NCBI GenBank assembly: GCA_964477545.1
Contig: CAYZEJ010000002.1
Location: forward strand, 1-62,388
Length of the DNA stretch: 62,388 bases
Source: an uncultured Anaerolineaceae bacterium
GTDB taxonomy: Bacteria; Chloroflexota; Limnocylindria; Limnocylindrales; CSP1-4
Reading direction: 5' to 3'
Shown here: one piece after another, positions 1 to 9,741 of the stretch
Position numbering within the stretch: position 1 is the stretch's first letter
How the letters are laid out: every line of letters begins with the position of its first letter
Made by a program: the position numbers and the translations under genes
The notes under the pieces: generated by a model
What the model saw: the letters and a program-made list of their open reading frames with translations, nothing else
Databases searched by the model: none
What the model was told of the DNA's origin: nothing

Positions 1-1
1 C

Positions 2-1336
2 GAGTTCGCGGCCGAGATGCAGGTGAACCGCATCGCCGAGGCGCTCGGGATGTCGCCGCTCGAGCTTCGGCGGCGCTGGGTGTACGTGCTCGGCGACGAG
101 ACGCCGAGCGGGCAGATCCTGCGCGAGAGCGTTGCCGGTGAGGAGGTGCTCGAGCGCGCCGCCGAAGCGGCCGAGTTCGAGCGCGTCAGCGCGCTGACAG
201 CGCGAGCGCGAGCCGAGCGTGCTGCGCGTCCGCCCAAGCCGAGCGTCGCTCAGTTAACGACAGCGTCGGATCGGACCGCGCGCGGGATCGGCCTGGCTCT
301 CGCCTGGCACGGGGCCGGCTTCACCGGCAGCGGCGAGGTGAAGCTCGCCAGCGTGGCCAGCCTCGAACTCACGTCGGACGGCGGGATCCGGGTCCTGACC
401 GGCTCGACCGAGATGGGCCAGGGCACGAAGACAATCTTTCCGCAACTGGCCGCCGAGCAGCTCGGCATCGACGGGGCTGACGTCGAGATGGCTCCGCAGG
501 ACACGTCGATCGTCCCCGACAGCGGCCCAACCGTCGCTTCGCGCACGGCCATGGTCGTCGGCGGGCTGGTCATCGCTGCGAGCGTGCGCATGAGGGCCAT
601 GGTCGAAGCGTCTACTGGGCGCTCCTTCGCCGAGTCCTACGTCGAATACGCCCGCGAGCACGGCGGCCTGCGCGTCGACCAGCAGTTCGAGCCGTATCCG
701 AACGTCAACTTCGACGACGACACCTACCGTGGCGACGCCTACCCGGCGTATGGCTGGGCATGCGCCGTGGCCGAGGTTGAGGTGGACCTGGACACCGGCG
801 AGACCCACGTCCGCAGCGTCGTGTCTGCCGACGACATCGGTAAGGCCATCCATCCGGTCATGGCCGAAGGCCAGGTCGAAGGCGGCACTCTTCAGGGGGT
901 TGGCTACGCGACGATCGAAGAGATCAAACTGGTCGACGGCCGATACCTCAACGACCGGCTGGCGACCTACCTGATCCCGACTGCCCTGGATGCTCCGCGG
1001 ATCGAAACGATCCTCGTGGAGAACCCCTATTCCGGCGCGCCGCACGGCGCGAAGGGCGTCGGGGAGCTGCCCATGGACGTGCCGGCTGCGGCCGTCGTGG
1101 CCGCAATCCACGACGCCACGGGCGTCTGGATCCACGACCTGCCCGCGACCCCCGAACGAGTACTCGCCGCGCTGCACGGCATCACGCCACCGCCGCTTCC
1201 GGGCATAAGCACGGTCAGCGAGCGATCCTCAACGCCCGCACCGTCCGCGGAGGACGCGGGAGTTCCTGACGAGGGATTGGATCCACGACCGGACGCTCCA
1301 ACCGATCCTCAGCCACTGCGCGGGCCGCAACCGTGA
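2..1336 (+). CDS. Molybdopterin-dependent hydroxylase large subunit (xanthine dehydrogenase / aldehyde oxidase family), C-terminal part; 5-prime end lies outside the window
   Basis: Frame of track ORF 17..1336 stays open back to nt 2. Family-typical segments GSTEMGQGTKTIFPQ, DDIGKAIHPVMAEGQVEGG and GAKGVGELPMDVPAAAVVAAIHDATG. Followed directly by matching 2Fe-2S and FAD subunit genes. Confidence 0.85.
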   Translation, partial: EFAAEMQVNRIAEALGMSPLELRRRWVYVLGDETPSGQILRESVAGEEVLERAAEAAEFERVSALTARARAERAARPPKPSVAQLTTASDRTARGIGLALAWHGAGFTGSGEVKLASVASLELTSDGGIRVLTGSTEMGQGTKTIFPQLAAEQLGIDGADVEMAPQDTSIVPDSGPTVASRTAMVVGGLVIAASVRMRAMVEASTGRSFAESYVEYAREHGGLRVDQQFEPYPNVNFDDDTYRGDAYPAYGWACAVAEVEVDLDTGETHVRSVVSADDIGKAIHPVMAEGQVEGGTLQGVGYATIEEIKLVDGRYLNDRLATYLIPTALDAPRIETILVENPYSGAPHGAKGVGELPMDVPAAAVVAAIHDATGVWIHDLPATPERVLAALHGITPPPLPGISTVSERSSTPAPSAEDAGVPDEGLDPRPDAPTDPQPLRGPQP

Positions 1337-1361
1337 GGGCCGCCGCCATGAGGTTTGGAGC

Positions 1362-1832
1362 GTGACCTACGAGTTCGCAGTCAATGGCGAGACGGTGTCC
1401 CTGGATGTGCCGGGCATGCGCAGGTTGCTCGATGCGCTGCGCGAGGATCTCGGGCTCACGGGCACCAAGGAGGGGTGCGGCGAGGGCGAGTGCGGGGCGT
1501 GCTCGGTTCTCATCGACGGCGAGGTGGTCGACAGCTGCCTAGTGCCGGTCAGCCAGGTGGACGGCACGTCTGTGTTGACCGTCGAGGGCCTCGCGCCGGC
1601 TGGCGGCATGGATGGGCTCCAACAGGCGTTTCTCGAACGCGGCGGCGCGCAGTGCGGCATCTGCACGCCGGGCATGCTCATGGCGGCGCGCGCTTACATC
1701 GACGCCGGCGGCGTGCCGGTCGACGAGAATATCCGCGAGGCGATCGCCGGCAACCTGTGTCGCTGCACGGGCTATACCAAGATCATCGAGGCGATCGCCG
1801 TCGCCGCGAGAGGCCCCGCTGATGCCCGCTGA
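1362..1832 (+). CDS. (2Fe-2S)-binding small subunit of the molybdopterin hydroxylase
   Basis: Track ORF with the two Cys clusters CGEGECGACSV and CGICTPG...CRCTGY typical of CoxS/XdhA-type iron-sulfur subunits. GTG start 25 nt after the large-subunit stop. Confidence 0.9.
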   Translation: MTYEFAVNGETVSLDVPGMRRLLDALREDLGLTGTKEGCGEGECGACSVLIDGEVVDSCLVPVSQVDGTSVLTVEGLAPAGGMDGLQQAFLERGGAQCGICTPGMLMAARAYIDAGGVPVDENIREAIAGNLCRCTGYTKIIEAIAVAARGPADAR

Positions 1833-2676
1833 GCCACCGCTCGAATCGCCGGGTGACCTCGGGCAGGCCTACACCCTGCTGGCTGACGGAGAGGGCTGGC
1901 GGCCCATCGCGGGCGGCACGGACCTGATGGTCCAGATCACCGGCGAGCTGGCGCCGCCGCCCGAGCGCGTCCTCGACCTGTGGCGCTTGGACGAGCTGCG
2001 CGGCATCACGATCGTCAATGGTTGGCTGGTCATGGGCGCGCTCACGACGTACACCGAGATCCGCGGCTCGGAGCTATGTGTCCGGCACTTGCCCGCGCTC
2101 GTCGAAGCCGCCGCGACCATCGGCGCCGCCCAGATCCAGAACCGCGGCACGATCGGCGGCAACATCGCCAATGCCTCTCCAGCGGGCGACACGCTGCCCG
2201 TGCTGCTCGCGACCGATGCGCAGGTCGTTCTCGGCAGTGCGGCGGGTGAGCGAGCCGTCGCCGCGACCGACTTCTGGACCGGGTACCGCCAGACCGCGCG
2301 ACGCTCGGACGAGCTCGTGGTGCGGGTTGCGATTCCGCTCCCGCGTGGCCGGCAGGTCCGCTTCCGCAAGGTCGGCACGCGCCGCGCCCAGGCAATATCG
2401 AAGGTCGTCATGGCCCTCTCGTGGCGCGAGGATGCCGGCGTCTGGCGCGACGTGCGCCTGGCGCTCGGGTCTGTGGCCGCAACCCCGATTCGAGCCACGG
2501 AAACGGAACGCGTCCTGGAGGGCGCGGCGCCGCGCAAGGAGACTGCCGACCATGCCGCCGCGACGGTCGCGGCGGAGATCCACCCCATCGACGACGTCCG
2601 CTCGACGGCCGATTACCGCCGGGTTGTCACGGCCCGGGTCCTCCATCGCCTGCTCCGCGAAGCCGGTGGCTGGTGA
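1822..2676 (+). CDS. FAD-binding medium subunit of the molybdopterin hydroxylase (CoxM/XdhB-like)
   Basis: Track ORF 1612..2676 trimmed to in-frame ATG 1822, which overlaps the small-subunit stop by 11 nt. IAGGTDLMV and GTIGGNIANASPAGD are typical of the FAD-binding PCMH-type subunit. Length of 284 aa fits the family. Confidence 0.85.
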   Translation: MPAEPPLESPGDLGQAYTLLADGEGWRPIAGGTDLMVQITGELAPPPERVLDLWRLDELRGITIVNGWLVMGALTTYTEIRGSELCVRHLPALVEAAATIGAAQIQNRGTIGGNIANASPAGDTLPVLLATDAQVVLGSAAGERAVAATDFWTGYRQTARRSDELVVRVAIPLPRGRQVRFRKVGTRRAQAISKVVMALSWREDAGVWRDVRLALGSVAATPIRATETERVLEGAAPRKETADHAAATVAAEIHPIDDVRSTADYRRVVTARVLHRLLREAGGW

Positions 2677-2678
2677 CG

Positions 2679-5600
2679 ATGGATCGGTCGACCGATCAAT
2701 CCACCCGGGACCAGGCGGCATGCCCCAATTGCGGCGCTGTCGTCGCAGCAGGGGCGCGCTTCTGCGCCGCGTGCGGAACAGCGCTCGGAGCGCCGGCGGC
2801 AGAGGAACGGAAGCTGGCGACGATCCTCTTCGCCGACGTGATCGGCTCTACCGACCTCGGGGAACAGCTGGACCCGGAGCGACTCCGAGCTCTGCTACAG
2901 GAGTATTTCGCACAGATGTCCCAGGTGATCGAGGAGTGGGCCGGGACGGTTGAGAAGTACATCGGCGACGCGATCCTTGCCGTCTTCGGTGTTCCGACCG
3001 CTCGTGAAGATGACGCGGTCCGCGCTCTGCACGCAGCAACCGAGATGCTCGCCCAGATCGAGCGGCTCAACGACGACTTCGAGGCACGGCACGGCGTTCG
3101 TTTGCAGGTGCGCATCGGCGTGAACACGGGCGAGGTCCTCGCGCCGGTCGGCGCCCGCTCGGGCGGTCAGTTCCTCGTCTCGGGCGACCCGGTCAACGTC
3201 GCCTCACGTCTCCAGGAGGCGGCCGAGCCGGGCTCGGTCCTGGTTGGCGAGCGAACGTGGACCGCCGCTCGAAACGTCTTCTCGTTCGGCGAGCCGATCT
3301 CCCTGCCGGTGAAGGGCAAGCGCGACCCGGTGATGGCGAGGAGGCTCGGCCTACAGACCAGTGTCGAGAGCCGCGGCGTGCGGTTCCAGGCGCCGATGGT
3401 GGGGCGCGAGCGCGAGCTCGACACGCTACTCGGCCTGCTGGACGAGGCGATCGAGACGGAGCAACCTCGGCTTGTCGTTGTGAGCGGCTCCGCCGGTATC
3501 GGCAAGAGCCGGATGCTGCGCGAGTTCGTCACGGCGGCCAACGAGCACAACTCGGACCTCGCCGTCCTGCGCGGCCGCTGCCTGGCGGCGGGCCATGGCA
3601 TCACGTTCTGGGCTCTCGGCGAGGTTCTTCGCGCCGCGTGCGGAATCTCGCTCGATGAGCCGGCCGACAGCGCCGTTGAGAAGTTGCGCCGAACCGTCAC
3701 CACGCTGCTGGAGCCATTGGGCGTCCGCCAGCACGAGCTCGACGAGACGTTCTACGCGCTCGCCACCAGCGCGAATCTCTCCGTTGCCGGCAACCCGCTC
3801 GACCAGATCGAGCCGGAGGGCGTCGGCGAGGAGATGGCTCGCGCATGGCCACGGTTCCTGACCGGATTTGCGGCGCGCACGCCCACCGCAATCATTCTCG
3901 AAGACCTGCACTGGGCCGACGAGCGAATGGTCGGCATGATCGAATCGCTGGCTACCCGATCGAGCGGGCGGCTGATAGTGCTCGGCACGGCGCGACCCGA
4001 ATTTCTGGAGACGCATGCGGGGTTCGCGGCAGGAACCGAGGTCACCCTCGTGGCTCTGCGTCCTCTGACGGAAGCGCAGAGCGAGCGGCTGGTGACCGAG
4101 CTGCTGGGCAACAGCGACCCTCTTCAGGCGCTGCTCATGGACGTCCGCCAGAAGGCCGACGGGAACCCGTTCTTCCTGGAAGAGATCCTGCAACGGTTGA
4201 TCGATGAAGGCGCGCTTGTCCGCCATGAAGGCAAGTGGCAGGCCACCGAGGTGGCGCACACGGTGCGCCTACCAGACACCATTCATGCCCTGCTCGCGGC
4301 GCGTATCGACGCCCTGCCCGCCGCCGAGAAAGCGCTCCTCCAGCAGGCGGCCGTCGTGGGCCGCATCTTCTGGCCCGGCTCACTGGCTGCGGCCGCCGAC
4401 GGTCGCGACCCAGTCGATGTCCTGCGTGCGCTCGAGCGCCGCGGCCTGGTATCCGCCAGGACTTCATCCACGATCGAGGGCCAGCCTGAGTACATCTTTC
4501 GCCACGTCCTGATCAGGGACGTTGCCTACGCCAGCGTTCCCAAGGCTCGCCGGGCGCGAGCTCACGCCGACACCGGGGGGTGGATCGAGACGCTGGCCGC
4601 GGACAGGCTCGACGAGTTCGGCGAGTTACTCGCATACCACTACGCCGCGGCCGCCGCGGGCGAGGACGCCGACCTGGCCTGGGCCGGGGACCCGGACCGC
4701 CGTGAAGAGCTTCGGAGCCGCGCCGTCAGCACGCTGATCAGCGCCGGTAATGCCGCCCGGCGGCGCTTCGCGGTCGATAGGGCGCTCACACTGCACCAGC
4801 AGGCTCTTGATCTGGCCACCGTCGATGTCGAGCGCGCTGCCACCCATGAGGGCCTTGGCGACGACCATGAGGCGCTGTTCCACATGGACGAGGCCGTTGA
4901 TCACTACCTCGCGGCAATCGACTCGGAGCGGGAGGCCGGAGATGACCCTGAGACCATTGGCCGGATAGCCGCGAAAGCTGGCGGGGCCACCAGGCGTTGG
5001 GGAGCATTCAAGGCGATCCCGCCCCACCAGCGCATCCGCGCCATCATCGACGAGAGCCTGAAGCGAGAGGTGAGCGATCGGGTTCGCACCGAACTGCTGA
5101 TCGGGTCGGGGATGGTCACGAACTCCGGTCCGCGGAGCAGCAGTCGGACACCGATGGCAAGCGCGGATCGATCGGAGCTCCCACTGCGGATAGCGGACGT
5201 CGAGGCAGGGCTGAAGATCGCATTGAGGTTGGACGATCCGACGCTGCTCTACCGAGCGTACGAAGTTCTGGCCCTCCTGTACTGGCACATCGGCGACATC
5301 GAGAACTACCGAGCCGTCAACGACCGCGACGCAGAGTTGCTCGACCGCCTCCCCTCACGTCGCGACCGGGTTGACGTTCTGATCAGTATCTGCAACGTCC
5401 GCATCGATGAGGGCCGCTACGAGGCCGCGTTGGTGGCCGCTGAACAAGCATTCGAGCAGGCCGTCGAGCTGAGCGAGCACGAAAGGATGCACGCAAGCTT
5501 CAACGTGATCTGGTGCGCGGCGCAGGTGGGACATTGGGACCGAGCGCTGGATGTACTGCCGTGGCACATCGAGGCGGCAGCCCGGGAGCCGGACATCAAC

Positions 5601-6224
5601 TGCCCCAACGTTCGCGGTGGCGGGCCGCTTGGGGCCACACTGCTCGCCTGGCGCGGCGAGGTGGAGCGAGCGCGGGAGCTAGTGCCCGTCGACGAGTCGG
5701 CCCTGGCGCGAGACACGATGATCGACCGCGGAATCATTGCCCGCTATGCCGTTCTGATCGGCCGCCCGGACCTCGCCTCGTCGATCACCGAGTCGATGGC
5801 CTCTGACCCTGATCGACTGAGTCAACCGGATGGGTTCGAGCCGCTGATCGAAGCGTTAGCCGAACTGGGCCGCCACACGGAGTTGCGTTCGATCTCCGCC
5901 ACCGCCCGGAGCCTCGCCAGCGCAACGGTCATTCTCGAGCCGCTCGCAGACCGTGCGGACGCCGTGATTGCTGCCCAAGAGGGGCGCGTCGAGGACGCAC
6001 GCGATTTACTAGAGCGGGCCATCAACCGGTTTGCTGAGCTAGCGGTGCCGTTTGAGCTGGCGCGCACGCGCGAGCAATTGGCGCGGTTGGTCGAAGAACC
6101 GCGCGCCTCGGAGCTTTTGCGCGCGGCGCTCGAAACTTACGAAAGCCTGCGCGCGAAACCGTTCGCCGATCGAGTCCGCGCAACGCTCGAGGGCGGCCGA
6201 GCCGCCGGAACGGAGACTGCCTGA
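2679..6224 (+). CDS. Multidomain signalling protein: zinc ribbon + class III adenylate/guanylate cyclase + AAA/STAND ATPase + helical TPR-like C-terminal region
   Basis: Track ORF 2421..6224 trimmed to ATG 2679, 2 nt after the FAD-subunit stop. N-terminal CPNCG...CAACG zinc ribbon. Cyclase core [32 protein letters not shown] at about nt 2808-3350. Canonical Walker A GSAGIGKS at about nt 3484-3507. Roughly 800 aa helical C-terminus. Confidence 0.85.
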   Translation: MDRSTDQSTRDQAACPNCGAVVAAGARFCAACGTALGAPAAEERKLATILFADVIGSTDLGEQLDPERLRALLQEYFAQMSQVIEEWAGTVEKYIGDAILAVFGVPTAREDDAVRALHAATEMLAQIERLNDDFEARHGVRLQVRIGVNTGEVLAPVGARSGGQFLVSGDPVNVASRLQEAAEPGSVLVGERTWTAARNVFSFGEPISLPVKGKRDPVMARRLGLQTSVESRGVRFQAPMVGRERELDTLLGLLDEAIETEQPRLVVVSGSAGIGKSRMLREFVTAANEHNSDLAVLRGRCLAAGHGITFWALGEVLRAACGISLDEPADSAVEKLRRTVTTLLEPLGVRQHELDETFYALATSANLSVAGNPLDQIEPEGVGEEMARAWPRFLTGFAARTPTAIILEDLHWADERMVGMIESLATRSSGRLIVLGTARPEFLETHAGFAAGTEVTLVALRPLTEAQSERLVTELLGNSDPLQALLMDVRQKADGNPFFLEEILQRLIDEGALVRHEGKWQATEVAHTVRLPDTIHALLAARIDALPAAEKALLQQAAVVGRIFWPGSLAAAADGRDPVDVLRALERRGLVSARTSSTIEGQPEYIFRHVLIRDVAYASVPKARRARAHADTGGWIETLAADRLDEFGELLAYHYAAAAAGEDADLAWAGDPDRREELRSRAVSTLISAGNAARRRFAVDRALTLHQQALDLATVDVERAATHEGLGDDHEALFHMDEAVDHYLAAIDSEREAGDDPETIGRIAAKAGGATRRWGAFKAIPPHQRIRAIIDESLKREVSDRVRTELLIGSGMVTNSGPRSSSRTPMASADRSELPLRIADVEAGLKIALRLDDPTLLYRAYEVLALLYWHIGDIENYRAVNDRDAELLDRLPSRRDRVDVLISICNVRIDEGRYEAALVAAEQAFEQAVELSEHERMHASFNVIWCAAQVGHWDRALDVLPWHIEAAAREPDINCPNVRGGGPLGATLLAWRGEVERARELVPVDESALARDTMIDRGIIARYAVLIGRPDLASSITESMASDPDRLSQPDGFEPLIEALAELGRHTELRSISATARSLASATVILEPLADRADAVIAAQEGRVEDARDLLERAINRFAELAVPFELARTREQLARLVEEPRASELLRAALETYESLRAKPFADRVRATLEGGRAAGTETA

Positions 6225-7756
6225 TGAACGATGAGCGAGCGCAGATCCGCGGACCGGCCGTGCCAGGCATCGAGCGCGTCCTGACGCCGGACGCCCTCGA
6301 GTTTCTGGCCCGGCTCCAGCGCGAGTTCGAGCCACGCCGCCAGGAGATCCTCGACGCACGTCGCGAACGAGCCGCGCGCATGGCGGGAGGAGAATCGCTC
6401 GACTTCCTGCCGGAGACTGCGGATATTCGAGAGTCGGAGTGGTCGGTCGCACCGGCCCCCGCGGACCTCGACGACCGAAGGGTGGAGATCACCGGGCCCG
6501 CTGAGGCCAAGATGACGATCAACGCCCTCAACTCGGGCGCGAAGGTCTTCATGGCCGACTTCGAGGACGCCCTTTCGCCGACCTGGGCGAACGTCATCGG
6601 TGGCCAGGCCGCGTTGATGGATGCGGTGCGTCGGTCGCTTGCTTTCACCTCCCCAGAAGGCAAGGAATATCGGCTGGGGGAACGGCTGGCCACCCTGGTC
6701 GTTCGGCCGCGCGGCTGGCATCTCGTCGAGGGCCATCTCGAGGTCGATGGCGAACCCATGTCGGGCTCCCTGTTCGACTTTGGGCTGTACCTGCTTCACA
6801 ACGGTGCCGAGACGCTTGCGCGCGGCAGTGGCCCGTACTTCTACCTCCCCAAGTTGCAGAGCCACCTCGAGGCGCGGCTGTGGAACGACGTGTTCTTGTG
6901 GGCTCAGGATGTCGTCGGCGTGCCGCGCGGCTCAATCCGCGCCACGGTGCTGATCGAGACGATCTGGGCCGCGTTCGAGATGGACGAAATCCTCCACGAG
7001 CTGCGCGAGCATGCCGCGGGTCTGAACGCCGGCCGTTGGGACTACATCTTCAGCATCATCAAAGCCTTCGCGTCGTCGGCGGGCGCACAGGTCCTGCCCG
7101 ACCGTGCCCAGATCACGATGGCAGTGCCCTTCATGCGCGCCTACGCGCAGCTACTCGTCAAGACATGCCATCGCCGCGGCGCACACGCGATGGGTGGCAT
7201 GTCGGCGTTCATCCCCAACCGGCGCGAACCGGAGGTCACCGCGAACGCGCTGGCCAAGGTGACCGAGGACAAGGAACGCGAGGCGACCGACGGCTTCGAC
7301 GGCACCTGGGTTGCTCATCCGGACCTCGTGCCCGTCGCGATGCAGGTCTTCGACAAGGCTCTCGGCGAACATCCGAACCAGAAATACCGCCAGCGCCACG
7401 ACGTCTCGGTTGGCGCCGCCGACCTGGTGAACTTCGAGGTGCCGGGCGGCCAGATCACCGAAGCCGGGCTGGCTGCCAATGTGTCAGTCGGTGTGCGCTA
7501 CATCGACGCATGGCTTGCCGGCACGGGGGCCGCGGCGATCGACAACCTGATGGAGGACGCCGCGACAGCGGAGATCTCGCGCTCCCAGGTCTGGCAATGG
7601 GTGAGGGACGGCCGATTTGATGGCGATCGAGTTCGTGCGGAGGTGGACCAACTCCGGGCTGAGCACTCTGAGGCGGCCGAACTGTTCGAGCAGGTCGTGC
7701 TCAGCGACGAATTCGTCGAGTTCCTGACGCTCCCTGCGTATGAACGTCTCAAATAG
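6224..7756 (+). CDS. aceB: Malate synthase A
   Basis: Track ORF of 510 aa with a malate synthase A-type N-terminus and motifs ([33 protein letters not shown]). Its ATG shares one nt with the preceding TGA (TGATG at 6222-6226). Confidence 0.9.
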   Translation: MNDERAQIRGPAVPGIERVLTPDALEFLARLQREFEPRRQEILDARRERAARMAGGESLDFLPETADIRESEWSVAPAPADLDDRRVEITGPAEAKMTINALNSGAKVFMADFEDALSPTWANVIGGQAALMDAVRRSLAFTSPEGKEYRLGERLATLVVRPRGWHLVEGHLEVDGEPMSGSLFDFGLYLLHNGAETLARGSGPYFYLPKLQSHLEARLWNDVFLWAQDVVGVPRGSIRATVLIETIWAAFEMDEILHELREHAAGLNAGRWDYIFSIIKAFASSAGAQVLPDRAQITMAVPFMRAYAQLLVKTCHRRGAHAMGGMSAFIPNRREPEVTANALAKVTEDKEREATDGFDGTWVAHPDLVPVAMQVFDKALGEHPNQKYRQRHDVSVGAADLVNFEVPGGQITEAGLAANVSVGVRYIDAWLAGTGAAAIDNLMEDAATAEISRSQVWQWVRDGRFDGDRVRAEVDQLRAEHSEAAELFEQVVLSDEFVEFLTLPAYERLK

Positions 7757-7762
7757 GAAAAA

Positions 7763-7790
7763 GGCCCGCGGCTGAGGGGTGCCGCGGGCC
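7763..7790. terminator. Bidirectional intrinsic-terminator-like hairpin between convergent aceB and the CHRD gene
   Basis: Perfect 10-bp GC stem ggcccgcggc / gccgcgggcc with an 8-nt loop. Preceded by an a-run and followed by tt; lies between two convergent stops. Confidence 0.6.
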
Positions 7791-7810
7791 TTCCGGTGAG
7801 GCGCTGATAC

Positions 7811-8260
7811 CTACTTGCTGAGCTGGCCCCTGACGGCGCCGCCCGTGAAGTCGGCGTTGTGGACGTTCACGTAGTACGCGGACGGGTTCTTGCGGATCTG
7901 CTTGATGAGCGACTTACTGACGCCGTCAACACAGCCGACCGAAGTGCCGTCGGCGCCCGGAGCGCCGAGGTTGACGATCGGCGGATTGGCCGTCCCCGCC
8001 GGTCCGGGGTGAATGTGGGCGGCTGTGGCAGGCAGCGTGATGTTCTCCACGGTTATCGACCAGCAGACCTCGCCCTGGCCCTGGTTGAGGGTCAGCCGGG
8101 CAGTGCCGGTCCCGTCTGAGTCGCCTGGGCCGGGAAACTCGTTCGCGCCGTTCATTTCGGCAGTCAAGGGTCTGCCGCCGGCAATGGCGGTACTCACGAG
8201 CGCGAGCGATATCAGCAGAGCCCCTGGCAACGAGGACAGGGACGCACGGCGAAGCAACAT
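7811..8260 (-). CDS. Secreted CHRD domain protein
   Basis: Track ORF 7811..8311 trimmed to Met18 (ATG 8260), which has a strong upstream GGAGGAG. Signal peptide MLLRRASLSSLPGALLISLALVSTAIA. CHRD-like segments TARLTLN...CWSITV, AAHIHPGPAG and YVNVHNADFTGGAVRGQL. Confidence 0.8.
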   Translation of the reverse strand: MLLRRASLSSLPGALLISLALVSTAIAGGRPLTAEMNGANEFPGPGDSDGTGTARLTLNQGQGEVCWSITVENITLPATAAHIHPGPAGTANPPIVNLGAPGADGTSVGCVDGVSKSLIKQIRKNPSAYYVNVHNADFTGGAVRGQLSK

Positions 8261-8355
8261 GGCTCCTCCTTCCACACGGCTTGGGCTGGGGTGCCACGTA
8301 CATTTTCCCACCGACCTGCTGATCCCGCACAGGACGAGGAGCTGAACGAGGGACG

Positions 8356-9741
8356 TCAGGACCAGGTCAGGCGGCGCTCCTGGAACTGGCCGTAGCCTCG
8401 CCGGCCGACGAAATGGCTCTCCCGAATGACGAACTCGCCGCGCACGAGGACGGAGCGGACCCAGCCGGTGATGGCCATACCTTCGTATGGCGTGTAGTCG
8501 CTCGTGTGGTGCAGCTCAGTCGCGCTCAGTGTTCGGCGCTCGGTGGGATCGAAAAGGACCAGGTCCGCGTCTCGTCCCACCTCGATCGCACCCTTTAGCG
8601 GGAGGCCAAAAAGGCGCGCCGGTGTCGTCGACAACAGATCGACCATCCGCTCGATACTGATGCGCCCGCGCGCAACGCCCTCGCTGTAAACGATCGCCAG
8701 CAGCGTCTCTATGCCCGGCCCGCCGTTGCTTATCCGGTCAAACGACTCACGCCACGACTGCTTCTCCACCGCGACCCGGTCTGGAACGTGGTCCGTCGCA
8801 ACGAGGGCAAGCGAGCCGTCGGCCAGCCCTGTCCACAGCGCGTCACGGTCGGAGGGTGCGCGGAGCGGCGGTGAGATCACGTAACGGACGCACTCCTCAT
8901 CCGGCAGCGCATAGCGCGATTCGTCGAGGGCCAGATAGTGCGGGCAGGTCTCCGCGAAAACGGCTTGGCCGGCAGTTCGCGCCTCGCGCACCGCGGTTAG
9001 GGCCGCGGCACTCGAGAGATGAACTATGTACAGCGCTGCGCCACAGCTCCGCGCGAGCTCGATCGCGGTGCGCGTACCGGCTTCTTCGACCGCTGGCGGC
9101 CGCGAAGTGGCGTGGAAACGCGGCGCCACGTTGCCCTCGGCGAGCAGGTTCTGGGTCGTCGTTTCGAGCATCGCGCGGTTCTCGCAATGGACCTCGAGCA
9201 TCCCGCCGTTGCGCGTGGCCGCGCCCAGCATCTCCAGCAAGACGGTGTCTGTAACGCCGAAGTCGTAGACCATGAAGGCCTTGAACGTGGGCACGCCCGC
9301 GGCGATAACGTTGCGCAACTCCGAAACCGGATCGGAATGGGCGGCCGTCACGACGAGGCTCAGTCCATAGTCGACGGCCGAATCGCCGTCCGTCGCCGAT
9401 TGCCACGCTTGCAGATCAGCGACCAATGAGCCGGTCGTCGCGGCGCCGGTGCCGGGGTTGTTGAAAGACAGGAAGGTTGTCGTCCCGCCGAAAGCGGCCG
9501 CGACCGAATCCTGGAAGAAGCGGTCGGGCTCAGCCTCGCTGGCGACGCGCGTGTGTGTGTGGACGTCGACCACGCCGGGCAGCACGAGCAACCCGCCCGC
9601 GTCTACCTCGCGCGCGTCGGCCGACTCCGGCAGCCGCTGTTCGATCGCCGCGATCCTGCCGCCTTCGACCGCTACATCCGCACGCCGCGTGCCCTCGGCG
9701 CTGACAACCGTCCCGCCGCGGACGATCAGATCAGGTCGCAT
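8356..9741 (-). CDS. Cyclic amidohydrolase of the dihydropyrimidinase / hydantoinase / allantoinase family
   Basis: Track ORF with metal-site motifs VVDVHTHT, TFKAFMVY (carbamylated-Lys region), LEVHCEN, YIVHLSS and VATDHVP. From motifs alone I cannot distinguish allantoinase from D-hydantoinase. Confidence 0.85.
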   Translation of the reverse strand: MRPDLIVRGGTVVSAEGTRRADVAVEGGRIAAIEQRLPESADAREVDAGGLLVLPGVVDVHTHTRVASEAEPDRFFQDSVAAAFGGTTTFLSFNNPGTGAATTGSLVADLQAWQSATDGDSAVDYGLSLVVTAAHSDPVSELRNVIAAGVPTFKAFMVYDFGVTDTVLLEMLGAATRNGGMLEVHCENRAMLETTTQNLLAEGNVAPRFHATSRPPAVEEAGTRTAIELARSCGAALYIVHLSSAAALTAVREARTAGQAVFAETCPHYLALDESRYALPDEECVRYVISPPLRAPSDRDALWTGLADGSLALVATDHVPDRVAVEKQSWRESFDRISNGGPGIETLLAIVYSEGVARGRISIERMVDLLSTTPARLFGLPLKGAIEVGRDADLVLFDPTERRTLSATELHHTSDYTPYEGMAITGWVRSVLVRGEFVIRESHFVGRRGYGQFQERRLTWS

